A stretch of DNA of 64,000 nt from a virus (Duplodnaviria; Caudoviricetes). Made by a program: the position numbers and the translations under genes. The stretch lies in IMG/VR virus record IMGVR_UViG_3300031418_000007. One strand, given 5' to 3'. Shown piece by piece: positions 19,320 to 29,602 of the stretch. Every line of letters starts with the position of its first letter. Positions within the stretch are counted from its first letter, which is position 1. The notes beneath the pieces were generated by a model, which worked only from the letters and a program-made list of their open reading frames with translations, did no database searches and was not told the DNA's origin.

Positions 19320-20635
19320 TATTTCACCGATTTCGCAAAGTTGATGGAATCATTGCACAGGCTGGCAATGGCGTTGAGGGTGATCACCAAGTAGCGCGTG
19401 AAGTCCGCGTTGAGATCCAACAGGTCCTGCTGGTTCTTGCGCACGATCATCGAGTACATCGCCAGGATACGGTGCTTGTCGCTGTCGCTGATTGGCATCT
19501 TGGTAAGGTTATTACCAATGATCTCGTAATCACGCTCTGCTACGCGGTGCTTGATCGCCTTGTTGCAGATAACCAGCCAGTTCTCCAGGATCTTGATCGA
19601 GATCGCACAGACATGACGAATGGTTTCGCTGCCAAAGGTATTGATCTCCTGCTCCATGTCAATGAAGTCAATGGAGTCGCGCTTGTTGAAACGCACACCC
19701 AGATCTTGGATACGGGAATCAAACCAGTCATCGATGGTTTTCACATCTTTGACCTTGATCGGATCCTTCCAACGGGTATCGACCAGGAAACGACCACCCA
19801 TCAGCTCCACAGAACGCAGCTTACGCAACCAGGGAACGTTTTTATCCGAGATGTCGATCTTACATTCACGGAAAGCAGGAACGTTCAGGAGAGGCCCTAC
19901 CTGCATCAGAATCGCAGTGGCTTCTTCATCGGTGGTGACGGATTCAAAGCGAGAGAAGAACGCCATGATCTGCGTCAGCTCTTTCTCAGAGAAGTCGTAG
20001 TAGTTGTTGCTCAGCGCTGAAGTGGTTTTGAACAGGTTCAGGATCTGGTTATACCAGTCTTCCTTTACTTCGCTCTGCACTTTCAGCAGGTTGAACAGAC
20101 GTGCGCTAAGGTTAAAGCGTTCCAGACCATCGTTGAACTCACCCAGGTCTTTGGAAGCGCGCTCAATCATGCGGAAACGTTTGATCAGGGATTCGGTATC
20201 TTCAACCGCCAGAATATAGGCATCATGGAAGTTCTGCACCAGGCGTTTGGTAAAGACCTTGGCATTGTCCAGGGAATCGCTCAGGAAGCTCTCACAGGCC
20301 GCGATACGCGTCAAACGGAACTGACTAGGGCGAAGGGTACGGCCCAGCTCTTCAGCGCCTGCTACGCGGTGTGCGTTGTACGCCACTTCACCTTCATCAA
20401 TGTTAACCACATTGAGTTGGCTCAGTTCGCCGTCAATGGTGACCGCATCTTCCGGGGAGATCTGATGATCAGGGGTGTTTTCCAACAGGGTTTTGATTTC
20501 CTGTACGCGGTTAGTGGAGCCCAGCACCTGGTTGGTGATGTTGTTCAGGTCACGGCTGTCTTTCACCGTTTCCATCAGTTCCAAAGATTTCACGACAGAG
20601 ATCGCAGCCATCTGTTCGTCAAGCTCAGTTGTCAT
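19319..20635 (-). CDS. Head protein (phiKZ gp92 position)
   Basis: Probable start MTTELD at 20635 after GGGAG; KSLE, AGAE and AACE sites; ELMGGR motif. Confidence 0.6.
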   Translation of the reverse strand: MTTELDEQMAAISVVKSLELMETVKDSRDLNNITNQVLGSTNRVQEIKTLLENTPDHQISPEDAVTIDGELSQLNVVNIDEGEVAYNAHRVAGAEELGRTLRPSQFRLTRIAACESFLSDSLDNAKVFTKRLVQNFHDAYILAVEDTESLIKRFRMIERASKDLGEFNDGLERFNLSARLFNLLKVQSEVKEDWYNQILNLFKTTSALSNNYYDFSEKELTQIMAFFSRFESVTTDEEATAILMQVGPLLNVPAFRECKIDISDKNVPWLRKLRSVELMGGRFLVDTRWKDPIKVKDVKTIDDWFDSRIQDLGVRFNKRDSIDFIDMEQEINTFGSETIRHVCAISIKILENWLVICNKAIKHRVAERDYEIIGNNLTKMPISDSDKHRILAMYSMIVRKNQQDLLDLNADFTRYLVITLNAIASLCNDSINFAKSVK

Positions 20636-21146
20636 AACGGGTTTCTCCCAAAATCGCCAGTAAGATACGGGCCGTGTTTTCCATACCGATGCCACGCAGC
20701 AAACGGTAATAATCGAAGTTGGTGATGTTGTCAGTCAACGCCATAGCGGTACGGGCGGTTGTTTGACGATCGGTAATGAAACGACGTTCCCACGCACCGG
20801 CTGTTTGGTTATTGTGGTTGGTGATCTCTTCCGCACAGCGTACATCGCTCATAATGGCACGAGCAGAACACTTGTCGTTGAGATACATCACAATGGTACT
20901 CATCAGCGATGCCATAGGACCGATACCATTTTTGTAGTTGGCTTCCAAAAAGTCCTGGAAGTTCTCGCCTACCAAAATGCGTGCTGCGCGCAGCACTTCT
21001 TGATAAATGATCGGGTTCGTCTTTTGTCCGTAATCCTGCGTCGTGCTATTAAGGAATGCACGAATAACTTCCTTCGCAGCAAGTACGTCTGCATTCGTTA
21101 CGGCAGCATTGACAAACCCATTTTTAACGCGTACAAACGTACTCAT
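20625..21146 (-). CDS. Small head-associated protein (phiKZ gp91 position)
   Basis: 173-aa ORF with GAGG RBS and an upstream ATTTTATG. Confidence 0.6.
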   Translation of the reverse strand: MSTFVRVKNGFVNAAVTNADVLAAKEVIRAFLNSTTQDYGQKTNPIIYQEVLRAARILVGENFQDFLEANYKNGIGPMASLMSTIVMYLNDKCSARAIMSDVRCAEEITNHNNQTAGAWERRFITDRQTTARTAMALTDNITNFDYYRLLRGIGMENTARILLAILGETRYDN

Positions 21147-21199
21147 AGGGCAGTAACCTCATTAAGCGGGAGGGATGTCGAAAATCATCATAAAATCAC

Positions 21200-21229
21200 T
21201 ACTACTGAGGGTGTGACCCCTCAGTAGTA
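21200..21229 (-). terminator. Terminator hairpin
   Basis: 12-bp stem TACTACTGAGGG/CCCTCAGTAGTA. Confidence 0.75.
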
Positions 21230-21238
21230 AATGATGAC

Positions 21239-22132
21239 TTACTGATAGCTGTCGACGATCTTGTTGATTGTACCGGTGTTCTTCACGATTTTCTCGCGAT
21301 AGACTTCGATACGGTGATCCAGTGACGCATCGTTGTTGCCGTTTTTCAGGTTGATTGCCTGGTTGATTTTCATCGCCAGGTATTCGTTGTTTTCCTGAGC
21401 ACTGCGAATGCGCAACAGATCGATTTCACGCATCACGCTGTCGTACCAGTATTTCGGGTTCAGATAATGAATACCGAAACCACGGGCCAAGTCTGGTTTC
21501 TTGCCGCCCATGCCCAGCATGATATCCATGCTGTTCTGATCGTCAGCATCAATTTCTGGAATGCCGTCGATTTCTTTGATGAGCGCAGACTTGCCTTTCA
21601 GCAGCGTAGCGGAAATGTTGGTGTAGTACGCGGAAGAACCGTTCAGGAACATCAGTTCGTTCTTGGTCAGATACTTATCCAGCACAAACCCTGAAGTGGA
21701 GTTCATGCTCAACAGCACATCGATCAGCTTGGTAGAGTAACGCACCCAGAAGTCCAGCTGCTCAACCGTAGACAGAAGATAGACCTGACGTACCGACATG
21801 GTTTCCCCTGCCCACAGCTCTTCTTTATAAGAAGAAACCTGCTTCTTGAGATAATCAGTCAGATACTTCACAACTTCTGCAATGTCTTTCACGGTAGACA
21901 AGGTGGGGGTAGATGCGTTGTAACCCTGCGCGGCTTTAGCCAGGTTATTGGCGATCGACTTGGTCAGTGCCCACTGGCTACTTTCAGCAGTCAGCAACAG
22001 GCCATTGGCTTCGAGACGATTGAGGTTATCAATGATGTCATGAACCGCAACATCAACGGTAGAGATCAACGTCAGAATGTTTTTACGACTGACATTTTTT
22101 ACGCTGGCGGCGTATTCGCGAATTTCGGACAT
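21239..22132 (-). CDS. Inner-body/internal head protein (phiKZ gp90 position)
   Basis: 297-aa helical ORF with a C-terminal coiled coil; synteny. Confidence 0.55.
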   Translation of the reverse strand: MSEIREYAASVKNVSRKNILTLISTVDVAVHDIIDNLNRLEANGLLLTAESSQWALTKSIANNLAKAAQGYNASTPTLSTVKDIAEVVKYLTDYLKKQVSSYKEELWAGETMSVRQVYLLSTVEQLDFWVRYSTKLIDVLLSMNSTSGFVLDKYLTKNELMFLNGSSAYYTNISATLLKGKSALIKEIDGIPEIDADDQNSMDIMLGMGGKKPDLARGFGIHYLNPKYWYDSVMREIDLLRIRSAQENNEYLAMKINQAINLKNGNNDASLDHRIEVYREKIVKNTGTINKIVDSYQ

Positions 22133-22134
22133 GA

Positions 22135-23268
22135 TTATTTTCCTGCCAGGATGCGGGCCAGTGCTTCCAGAGAATCAGAGCTGTCGCCTTTCTTGGCTTT
22201 GGCTTCGAGTTCTTTCAGCGTGAAAGTTTCAACCAGGCTGTCGCCGCTGGTGATGAATTCAAAGATGCCGTTACGTTCGTCACAGATCACGAGACGTGAA
22301 GCATCAACAGCTGCAAAGATAGCGTCCAGGTTACGGCCGTTGGAGAAACGTTTGCCAATGGTCAGCTCGATCTGCTTAGCAGTGTCAGAGCTCATGACAA
22401 AGGTGTTTGCCATGGTGTTCATGGAAACCACGCCAGAACGGATAGCCTGCGCTTTGTTGGTGCGTTCGCGCTTGGCCATCTCTTCCAGGTAACCGGTGTT
22501 ATCTTTGTTCTTGATCTTGAACTTCTCTTTGTTGATATCGCTACCAGAGAAGAATTGCGGGCCGGTGATTTCACCTGCGCTCCACATGCTGAGACGTGCA
22601 AAGAAACCGTCTTCAGATTTAGCCGCAGAGAACACGTTAGTTAACTGCTGCGGGTTCATCGGCATCGGACATTCGCGGAAAGTCAGCGGCAGTTCTACCT
22701 TGGCGCCATTGGGTCCATAGGCTGTGACCATGACGACGCGACCGACTGCGAGTGGCGTATACTCGGCGATTTCTGAATAAGACTTCCCAGCAATAGTAAC
22801 AGTACCATCATCACCAGTATCTTCGGATGTTTGGGAACCATCTTTACCACCTTTGTTAAACTTGCCTGGTGCCGGTCCGTTGCCATTCATGGCTTCGCAA
22901 CCGCTAAGACCTACCAGACCAGCACGACGAGGTTGAACACCACCGATGATCTCATCGATTTTGATGCCCATGTTCTCGGCGTTCTTGATTGAGATATGAG
23001 AAAGAACCGCGTGCATATCACGCAGCATGACAACTTGCAGAACGGCTTGCATATAACTTGCATGCAGAATCGTCTTGTCAATGCCCACGATCGGCGCAAC
23101 CATTGTGCGGTTGGCACTGTGTGTGACACTGTGCTTGGTCAGCAAATTGTATGTATTGCTGGCCTTATCCGCTACGCTGGAGGCTGCAGCCACTTCTCCG
23201 TTATCAGGAAAAACCATTTTTGCTGTGTCGAGCAGCAATCGACTGACGCCGATAATAGACCCTATCAT
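22135..23268 (-). CDS. Inner-body/internal head protein (phiKZ gp89 position)
   Basis: 377-aa ORF; SGCE site before a flexible linker; synteny. Confidence 0.55.
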   Translation of the reverse strand: MIGSIIGVSRLLLDTAKMVFPDNGEVAAASSVADKASNTYNLLTKHSVTHSANRTMVAPIVGIDKTILHASYMQAVLQVVMLRDMHAVLSHISIKNAENMGIKIDEIIGGVQPRRAGLVGLSGCEAMNGNGPAPGKFNKGGKDGSQTSEDTGDDGTVTIAGKSYSEIAEYTPLAVGRVVMVTAYGPNGAKVELPLTFRECPMPMNPQQLTNVFSAAKSEDGFFARLSMWSAGEITGPQFFSGSDINKEKFKIKNKDNTGYLEEMAKRERTNKAQAIRSGVVSMNTMANTFVMSSDTAKQIELTIGKRFSNGRNLDAIFAAVDASRLVICDERNGIFEFITSGDSLVETFTLKELEAKAKKGDSSDSLEALARILAGK

Positions 23269-23290
23269 ACTAACCTCTTATGGCCAAATT

Positions 23291-24406
23291 ATGAGTGAAA
23301 AATTTGATATAAACGATCTCGCCGGGTTAATGAAAACACCAGGTCTAGCTCGCCCTGAGATTTTAAAACAGAATGTAGACAAAGCTTCCAATAAATCAGC
23401 ATTAACAAATGCCGAAGTTCTGTCCATGTTAGACTACGCTTTTCAAGAGCAAGGTGGACCAGGTTACCAGTCCCCGGTAATTAAATCATTGAGCGGTCTG
23501 AGGATCATGGGTCCAGGTAACCAATTCATCCCCATAGCCGACGATGCCATAGGATTGCCCTTTGTTTCACGTCCCTTACTGAACCTTTCAGATGAGAACG
23601 TCTCACGATACCCTGGATTGTTCCCGTTGTACCGCAGCAAACCCAACAGCGTAATGAGCTACATTCGGGGTTTGATGGATAAGCAGTGGGGTGCGGCAAA
23701 CAGTGGCGCAATCAAGTTCCTGGATCCCTTAACTGCCTGGATGACACCCCTGACCAACTACTGTAAAACCAGTAATGGCTTCCCAGATCTCTCCCTCAAT
23801 GTCTCCACCAGTTCACCGGGTTTCCGACAAGAAGTGTATCGTCACATCAGCGGGATCTTGCAGCACAACGGTGCGTTCTCCATGCGTCAGAGTTACCATA
23901 TGTCGCAGCCTAAGTTTCTTCCTTATATCTTTGAGATCTGGCTTAACTATATAAATGAAGTGACGTTAGGGGATAATGGACTGGAACCTTATCCCGATGC
24001 GCTGAAGCAGAGCTACCAGGATTATGACTGTCGCATCTATCACATTATCCTGAACCGTAACATGAAGAATATCGAGTGGATCTTCTGTAACGGCAGCTGT
24101 GTGCCAACGACGTATCCTTCAGGGGCATTCTCCGCTATTGATCGTACCACGAACTCGTTACGCGGTCAGGGTCAGGATGAGTTTGATATCCAGTTCGATT
24201 CGATTGCGTTTCGTTACGGCAACATCTCGGTGGCGCGTATGTTTAACGCCACTACTGAATTCTTTAATAATGGTCTGCGCGATGACGTGCGTGCTTCTAA
24301 GTATAAACGTCTGGAGTTCGACCAGTATTACGGCAATAACTACGAAAATGTTTATCCTTATATCAACATGGATAACATGACGTTAGAATATTGGGTGAAG
24401 AAATGA
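23291..24406 (+). CDS. Virion structural protein, possible tail-tube-fold baseplate component (phiKZ gp88 position)
   Basis: The track start at 23075 overlaps the opposite gene; likely start MSEKF at 23291; ATGA-coupled to the next gene. Confidence 0.55.
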   Translation: MSEKFDINDLAGLMKTPGLARPEILKQNVDKASNKSALTNAEVLSMLDYAFQEQGGPGYQSPVIKSLSGLRIMGPGNQFIPIADDAIGLPFVSRPLLNLSDENVSRYPGLFPLYRSKPNSVMSYIRGLMDKQWGAANSGAIKFLDPLTAWMTPLTNYCKTSNGFPDLSLNVSTSSPGFRQEVYRHISGILQHNGAFSMRQSYHMSQPKFLPYIFEIWLNYINEVTLGDNGLEPYPDALKQSYQDYDCRIYHIILNRNMKNIEWIFCNGSCVPTTYPSGAFSAIDRTTNSLRGQGQDEFDIQFDSIAFRYGNISVARMFNATTEFFNNGLRDDVRASKYKRLEFDQYYGNNYENVYPYINMDNMTLEYWVKK

Positions 24407-27324
24407 GCTTAGAAATTACATCTGTAACCAAGTTAGCGAATAACCCTATTCGTGGACTGAACTATGTCATCGACAGTTTGGAGAAGAGCTGGTTCGACCA
24501 AAAGGTCAATATCAACTCCGGCACACATCCTGCGGTGTTCTGTGCTGACTTAACCATTGGAGTGGGCTTTGGCTTTCTTAGTTCACTGAGCGATGCAGTG
24601 AGTCAGGTGTTCTCCGCACACGCCAACTCAATCTCTGAACTGTCGCGTAACATGAACGACATCGAGTACTACGGGTTGTTTGGTACACCGAGCTCCAGCA
24701 AGGTTAATCTGATCATTGCCATGGATAACCTCAAGGCCTTTGCCCCACAGGCAACCAGCACTGTTAACGGGGTGAGTCTGAGCTACCAAAAACTGTTGGT
24801 TCCTAAAGATACCCAGTTCGACGTGGCGGGTTATACTTTCTCTATTGAGAACGGCATTGAGATTCGCTACAACGAACGTACAGGGGTGCAGGTGGTTTAT
24901 GACTCTACCACCAACAATCCGTTCAACGCCATCACAGAGAACGTGCTGAAGCGCAAGATCAAGGTCATTAACGGTCGTGAATACCTGATCATTGATGTTC
25001 CAGTTCGTCAGCTGGCCTGTGACTTTGAAACCAACATTCCCTCTACTGAAGCGGCAGGGTGTTCAGGACGTCGTGCCTATTCAGATTACCTGTTTGGTAT
25101 CCGCGCTTATATCACCGGCAGTGACGGCGTCAAGAAAGAAATGCGAGTGGCTTACGACAAGGCGGTGTTTGATCCCGGCACACTCACCATGACCATTGAT
25201 TTGGATACCTCTGAAAATGCGTTTGATTTCGCAATTCCGGATATCTACATCGAGAGTGGTTTGGGGGTGGGAACGATCTCCCTTTACGTCTACACCACCA
25301 AGGGGTCGTTGGATAAAGATTTCACCAATGCTTCTATCCAGGATTACAAAGCGGCGTACCGTGACTTCCGTTTCAGTTCCGATACGCTGAGCGAGTACTC
25401 GGACTTCCTGCCTAATGCGGGTGGTATTGTGTGGAAGTTTGCCAGTGCCATCACCGGCGGGTCTGTGCCTAATTCGTTTAGCAAGATTAAGTACGGTGTG
25501 GTGAACGGACGCCGTCTGCGCAGTCTGCCTATCACAGAAAACAACCTGATTGGTTCAGTGGAAGACTACGGTTATTCCGCGGTGAAATCCATTGACTTTG
25601 TAACGTCGCGTCTGTTCTCTTTAACCAAAGAGCTGCCGTTGCAAACCAACAAAGATTTCTATTCAGGTGTTAACTGTTTTGTGGGCACTAACCTGATCTC
25701 AGCAAAAGCGCTGGTCAATTCAGGTGTGGCAGTGGATAACGGTCAGCGCATCACCATTCCTGCGGGCTCGCTGTTTGACGTCACGACTCAGGTTCCTCAA
25801 TTGGTTACCGCCGCCAAGCGTCGTGATATCACCAACATGAGCAACAACGCACTGATCGCCTACATGGAAAGCACCAGTCTGGCTTACCTGCCGTTCCACT
25901 ACGTGTTTGACATGACACAGAACCAGGCGGGCATCCGTGTCTATTACCTGGATAAACCCAAGTTCGGTATTCAGAGCTTCCAGGAAGAAAACACCAACCT
26001 GGGTATTGAAGTCGGCATTGATGCGGTCAACGTTGTCTATGAAAACAACGGTTACACCATCTTAGCGCAAACCAGTTCAGGTCAAAGTTATAAGGTGTTG
26101 ACCGATGAGCAAGTCGGCATGCAGTTGTCTGTAGCGGTAGCAGGTAGCAGCCAGCCCGCTAGCTTGAAAGGTGAACTCGCCTATAAGACAGCGGACAACG
26201 AACGTGTTTACCGTTTCCGTTTCGAAACCAATCTGGATGTGGATGACGGTGATCAGATTCATATCACTAACTTCAACCAGTACGGGGCAACTCAACCGGA
26301 TACGCCTATTGCGCTGGAACTCGATGTCTCCTTTATCGTGGTGCGTCGTGTGGGTACGTGGCAAACGGTGATCGCCAGTGATGACATGATTGATCACTCG
26401 CTGTTCACTGATCCTGTTCAGGCCATTATCAAAACCAACGTTGAGTTGGAATTAGGTAAGCGTTTGAATCGTATCTATAACCGCATTCGTCCACTGGTCG
26501 GTGAAGGTCAATACCAGCAGTACGACTTCAACGTGCCGGACACCTACGAAGCCGACACCTACGTTTATAAAGACGGTCAGTTGCAGTTGGGATCGGACGG
26601 ACTGCCGATGATTGAACATCGTCAAGGTGAGGCGATGGTGACTGCGGCCGGTTACCCCATCTATAAGCACAAGAAGGGAGACTGGGTCAAGGATGCGCAG
26701 GACAACTATGTTGAACTGGTGCCGCGTGAACTGAACTATCACTGGGACTTTGTGGGCTTTGACGGTGTCTATCTGTTGTCTAAAGATGACTACGACATCA
26801 GCTTTGCGCAAACCGTGAAGGACATGTTGGCAGACACTATCTCTACCGACCTGGATCTGTTCAGCCAAATGATCATCGACAAAACCCGCTTACTCTATCA
26901 GCCAAAGAGCAAGATGGGATGGCGGAAAGTGGTGGTGAACTCCAACTACTACTCTGTGCTTAAACAGGATCTGTCGTTTGAAGTTACCTATTACCTGACC
27001 CGTGCGGGCTATCAGAATACCAACCTGAAAACTTCGCTGAAGAACAATACCCCGAAAGTGCTGAACAATTTCCTGTTTGGTAACATTACTGTCGGTGTGT
27101 CGTCGCTGGTCAAAGCACTGATGGAAAACCTCCCTGCGGATGTAGTGGATGTCAAGATCAATGCGGTAAGCGGTGACAGCACCGTTGACGTGATCTCTGC
27201 GGTTGACGAGCTCAGTGGTTTCAGTATTCGCAAGAAGCTGGTTCTGGGTGACAACAAACTGCCTAGCGTGCAAGAAGACGTCAAGGTAGATTTCCTGCAA
27301 CACGATATCACAAGTATGTCATAA
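24403..27324 (+). CDS. Large baseplate protein (phiKZ gp87 position; possibly T4 gp6/baseplate-J-like)
   Basis: About 973 aa from ATG 24403; beta-rich; divergent pair inside the head block as in phiKZ-like phages. Confidence 0.6.
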   Translation: MSLEITSVTKLANNPIRGLNYVIDSLEKSWFDQKVNINSGTHPAVFCADLTIGVGFGFLSSLSDAVSQVFSAHANSISELSRNMNDIEYYGLFGTPSSSKVNLIIAMDNLKAFAPQATSTVNGVSLSYQKLLVPKDTQFDVAGYTFSIENGIEIRYNERTGVQVVYDSTTNNPFNAITENVLKRKIKVINGREYLIIDVPVRQLACDFETNIPSTEAAGCSGRRAYSDYLFGIRAYITGSDGVKKEMRVAYDKAVFDPGTLTMTIDLDTSENAFDFAIPDIYIESGLGVGTISLYVYTTKGSLDKDFTNASIQDYKAAYRDFRFSSDTLSEYSDFLPNAGGIVWKFASAITGGSVPNSFSKIKYGVVNGRRLRSLPITENNLIGSVEDYGYSAVKSIDFVTSRLFSLTKELPLQTNKDFYSGVNCFVGTNLISAKALVNSGVAVDNGQRITIPAGSLFDVTTQVPQLVTAAKRRDITNMSNNALIAYMESTSLAYLPFHYVFDMTQNQAGIRVYYLDKPKFGIQSFQEENTNLGIEVGIDAVNVVYENNGYTILAQTSSGQSYKVLTDEQVGMQLSVAVAGSSQPASLKGELAYKTADNERVYRFRFETNLDVDDGDQIHITNFNQYGATQPDTPIALELDVSFIVVRRVGTWQTVIASDDMIDHSLFTDPVQAIIKTNVELELGKRLNRIYNRIRPLVGEGQYQQYDFNVPDTYEADTYVYKDGQLQLGSDGLPMIEHRQGEAMVTAAGYPIYKHKKGDWVKDAQDNYVELVPRELNYHWDFVGFDGVYLLSKDDYDISFAQTVKDMLADTISTDLDLFSQMIIDKTRLLYQPKSKMGWRKVVVNSNYYSVLKQDLSFEVTYYLTRAGYQNTNLKTSLKNNTPKVLNNFLFGNITVGVSSLVKALMENLPADVVDVKINAVSGDSTVDVISAVDELSGFSIRKKLVLGDNKLPSVQEDVKVDFLQHDITSMS

Positions 27325-27327
27325 CAG

Positions 27328-27359
27328 TAACCTACTACGCCCTTGGGCGTAGTAGGTTA
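27328..27359. terminator. Bidirectional terminator hairpin
   Basis: 14-bp stem TAACCTACTACGCC/GGCGTAGTAGGTTA between convergent genes. Confidence 0.8.
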
Positions 27360-27363
27360 TTTA

Positions 27364-28071
27364 TTAAAAGTCGTCCAGCAGTTCGTTGAACACACGCAGC
27401 AGATGCACGCGCATTTGCAGGTGAGTCTTGAAGTTTTGCAGATCTTCCTTGGAGCTGATCCAATTCAAACGTTCCACAATACGCGGAAGTTCGGTATAGC
27501 AGCCCGAGATGTCAACGCAGAACTCTTTTGCTGTGCGGGTAATCAACTCGCTGACTCCGGCGAATTCACTGCTCTTCGCGTAGTAGTCGCGCAGCGCAGC
27601 GTCATCTAACACAATGAAGTTCTGTTTGTTGATGAACTTCAGTCGTGCCGGATCGTAGTCCTTGAAGCCACACACCAGACCCGCCACGATACTTTTCAGG
27701 TAACCGTAACGTGTAGGTGGAACGCGACGTGTATCTTGCAGCATCTCGTACACGCGGTCGCCAGTCTGGGACAGGGCGTCGTAGAACTCCCGGGCAACGT
27801 CCAGCCCCACAGCTTTCATGCCACCGTGACGCACACCAAACTTCACCAGCACGCTTAACACAGTCCAACGTACATCGTAATCACACGGTACATAAGACAT
27901 CGTTGCCAGACGCTCTTTGATCTCAGTGCGCAGAGGTTCCTGAACAGTGGTCAACAGCATCAGTGCTTGATCAAGGTTGAGTTCGTTGGGGAGCTCAAAG
28001 CCCAGGGTTTGCGTCAGCGTATTTTCAACGTTATCCGCTAACGTCTGAAGGTTTTCGAAATTAACAATCAT
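27364..28071 (-). CDS. Hypothetical protein
   Basis: Likely start MIVNFE near 28071 after AAGGA; track ORF is 248 aa. Confidence 0.7.
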   Translation of the reverse strand: MIVNFENLQTLADNVENTLTQTLGFELPNELNLDQALMLLTTVQEPLRTEIKERLATMSYVPCDYDVRWTVLSVLVKFGVRHGGMKAVGLDVAREFYDALSQTGDRVYEMLQDTRRVPPTRYGYLKSIVAGLVCGFKDYDPARLKFINKQNFIVLDDAALRDYYAKSSEFAGVSELITRTAKEFCVDISGCYTELPRIVERLNWISSKEDLQNFKTHLQMRVHLLRVFNELLDDF

Positions 28072-28084
28072 GGTAGGCTTGTCC

Positions 28085-29602
28085 TTACAAGAGCTTGCCC
28101 AAGCCGACATCTTTACCGAAGTTGTTCACAGCAGTGCGGATGTTAAGCAGGTTGTTTTCAATGATGAGACTGGAGATGTCTGCGGCTTTCTCCAGAACCG
28201 TTTGTGCTTCGGCTTCAGGAACCGCAACCAGCTTAGGAATACCGTTGGGGTACATGTCCACAGTAAAGGGACGCCCTTCACGCTCTGCCTTCTGCTGCGC
28301 TTCCAGCATCATCTTGCCAACTGTCTCTACGTCATTGGCAACCGCAGCCAACATAAAGGCGTTGGCTTTGGAATACCAGCTACCCAGGTCGCTGAAGGTT
28401 GTGCCTGCCAAGCGCAGGATTTCCACAGTGACTTTAGAGAAGTTGGTATAGACGTTAACCGCACCCACCATCTGCTGATAGAACGCCATATAACGGCCAT
28501 CATTACTGCGACGGCTCAGCTCGTTGATCTGCTGCAATTCATCCACACCTGTGAACTGATACAGGTCTTTCATGGTGTCAGACAGGTCACGCTGCTGCAC
28601 GCCCAGCTGCTCAAAGTTTTCAACCGTGGTCTTGGCCAGGATCTGTTCGATCTTGCGCACAAACTCGATATCCGCCGCCTGCGTAGCCGTGGTGATAGAG
28701 GCCGTGATCTTCTGCGCCACTTCAACAGAACGTTTAGCGAAGTCATCTTCAGTCAGTGTTTGACCCAGCACCACGTTCAACAGCTTGGAGAGTTCAGGAA
28801 TGGCTTCACGGTAGTTCAGGGAGCGAATCACTTCCAGCATGGCTTCGCGCAGCGCACCGCCTTCGTATTCAAAGTTAAAGCCCGGCTGTTTGCTCTGACG
28901 AACAATATAGTCCAGCTTGTCTTGGAAACGTTTCTTGGCGAGCTTGGCGTTCTTCACACCTTTGTTGATAACCGCACAGACACCCTGAATCATTACTGGG
29001 ATTTCAGTGAACTTCGCCAGGTAGTGTTCTTTGCTAACCAGCTTGGTTGACATGAAACGCAGGGTCTTGTTGAAACGACCTTCCGGCACATCTTCCAGGA
29101 ACTTCTCCATGTCAACGAGGTGAGCCGGGAAGCCCATCGCCAACAGGTAAGCACCCATCTGTTGTTTGATCTCTGGCATCTTTTCACGCACGGCTGCTGC
29201 TTGACGATCGCTGGGTTTCAGACCAAACACCGTTTTGATTTTGTCAACAACCCACAGCACGATCTTTTTGACAAAACGAATCACCGCGACAATCGCCGTT
29301 TCCAAACCTTTCAGCGTGGTTTCAAAAAAGCCTTCACCACCAAAGCGTGCGTTATAACTTGAACCCAGCGGATCCATGCTACCCGGTGCAGCTTTGACGT
29401 TCAGATACAGCGCAGTGAATGCGTCAAGACGACCTGTGCTCACGAAGCTCTCAACACCATCAACAACCTTGTGGACCTTTAACTGCTTGTCGTAGTCAAT
29501 GATCTCGGTCATGTCAATGGTGGAGGTATCAGCTTCATCAAAACGCAGGGTGTCAATGGGATCGGATTTTCCCAAGCCTTCCTGAGTAATGGTGTTATTC
29601 AT
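28085..29602 (-). CDS. Head protein paralogue (phiKZ gp86 / SPN3US gp47 position)
   Basis: 505 aa; DGVE and FGGE sites, then GFFETTLKGLETAIVAVIRFVKKIVLWVVDKIK. Confidence 0.6.
   Translation of the reverse strand: MNNTITQEGLGKSDPIDTLRFDEADTSTIDMTEIIDYDKQLKVHKVVDGVESFVSTGRLDAFTALYLNVKAAPGSMDPLGSSYNARFGGEGFFETTLKGLETAIVAVIRFVKKIVLWVVDKIKTVFGLKPSDRQAAAVREKMPEIKQQMGAYLLAMGFPAHLVDMEKFLEDVPEGRFNKTLRFMSTKLVSKEHYLAKFTEIPVMIQGVCAVINKGVKNAKLAKKRFQDKLDYIVRQSKQPGFNFEYEGGALREAMLEVIRSLNYREAIPELSKLLNVVLGQTLTEDDFAKRSVEVAQKITASITTATQAADIEFVRKIEQILAKTTVENFEQLGVQQRDLSDTMKDLYQFTGVDELQQINELSRRSNDGRYMAFYQQMVGAVNVYTNFSKVTVEILRLAGTTFSDLGSWYSKANAFMLAAVANDVETVGKMMLEAQQKAEREGRPFTVDMYPNGIPKLVAVPEAEAQTVLEKAADISSLIIENNLLNIRTAVNNFGKDVGLGKLL

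Noticed and set aside
28070-29050. 326-aa antisense ORF, and similar shadows at 8671-9348, 34309-35001 and 48328-49041
   Set aside because: All lie opposite well-supported genes; expected from codon bias; no independent signals
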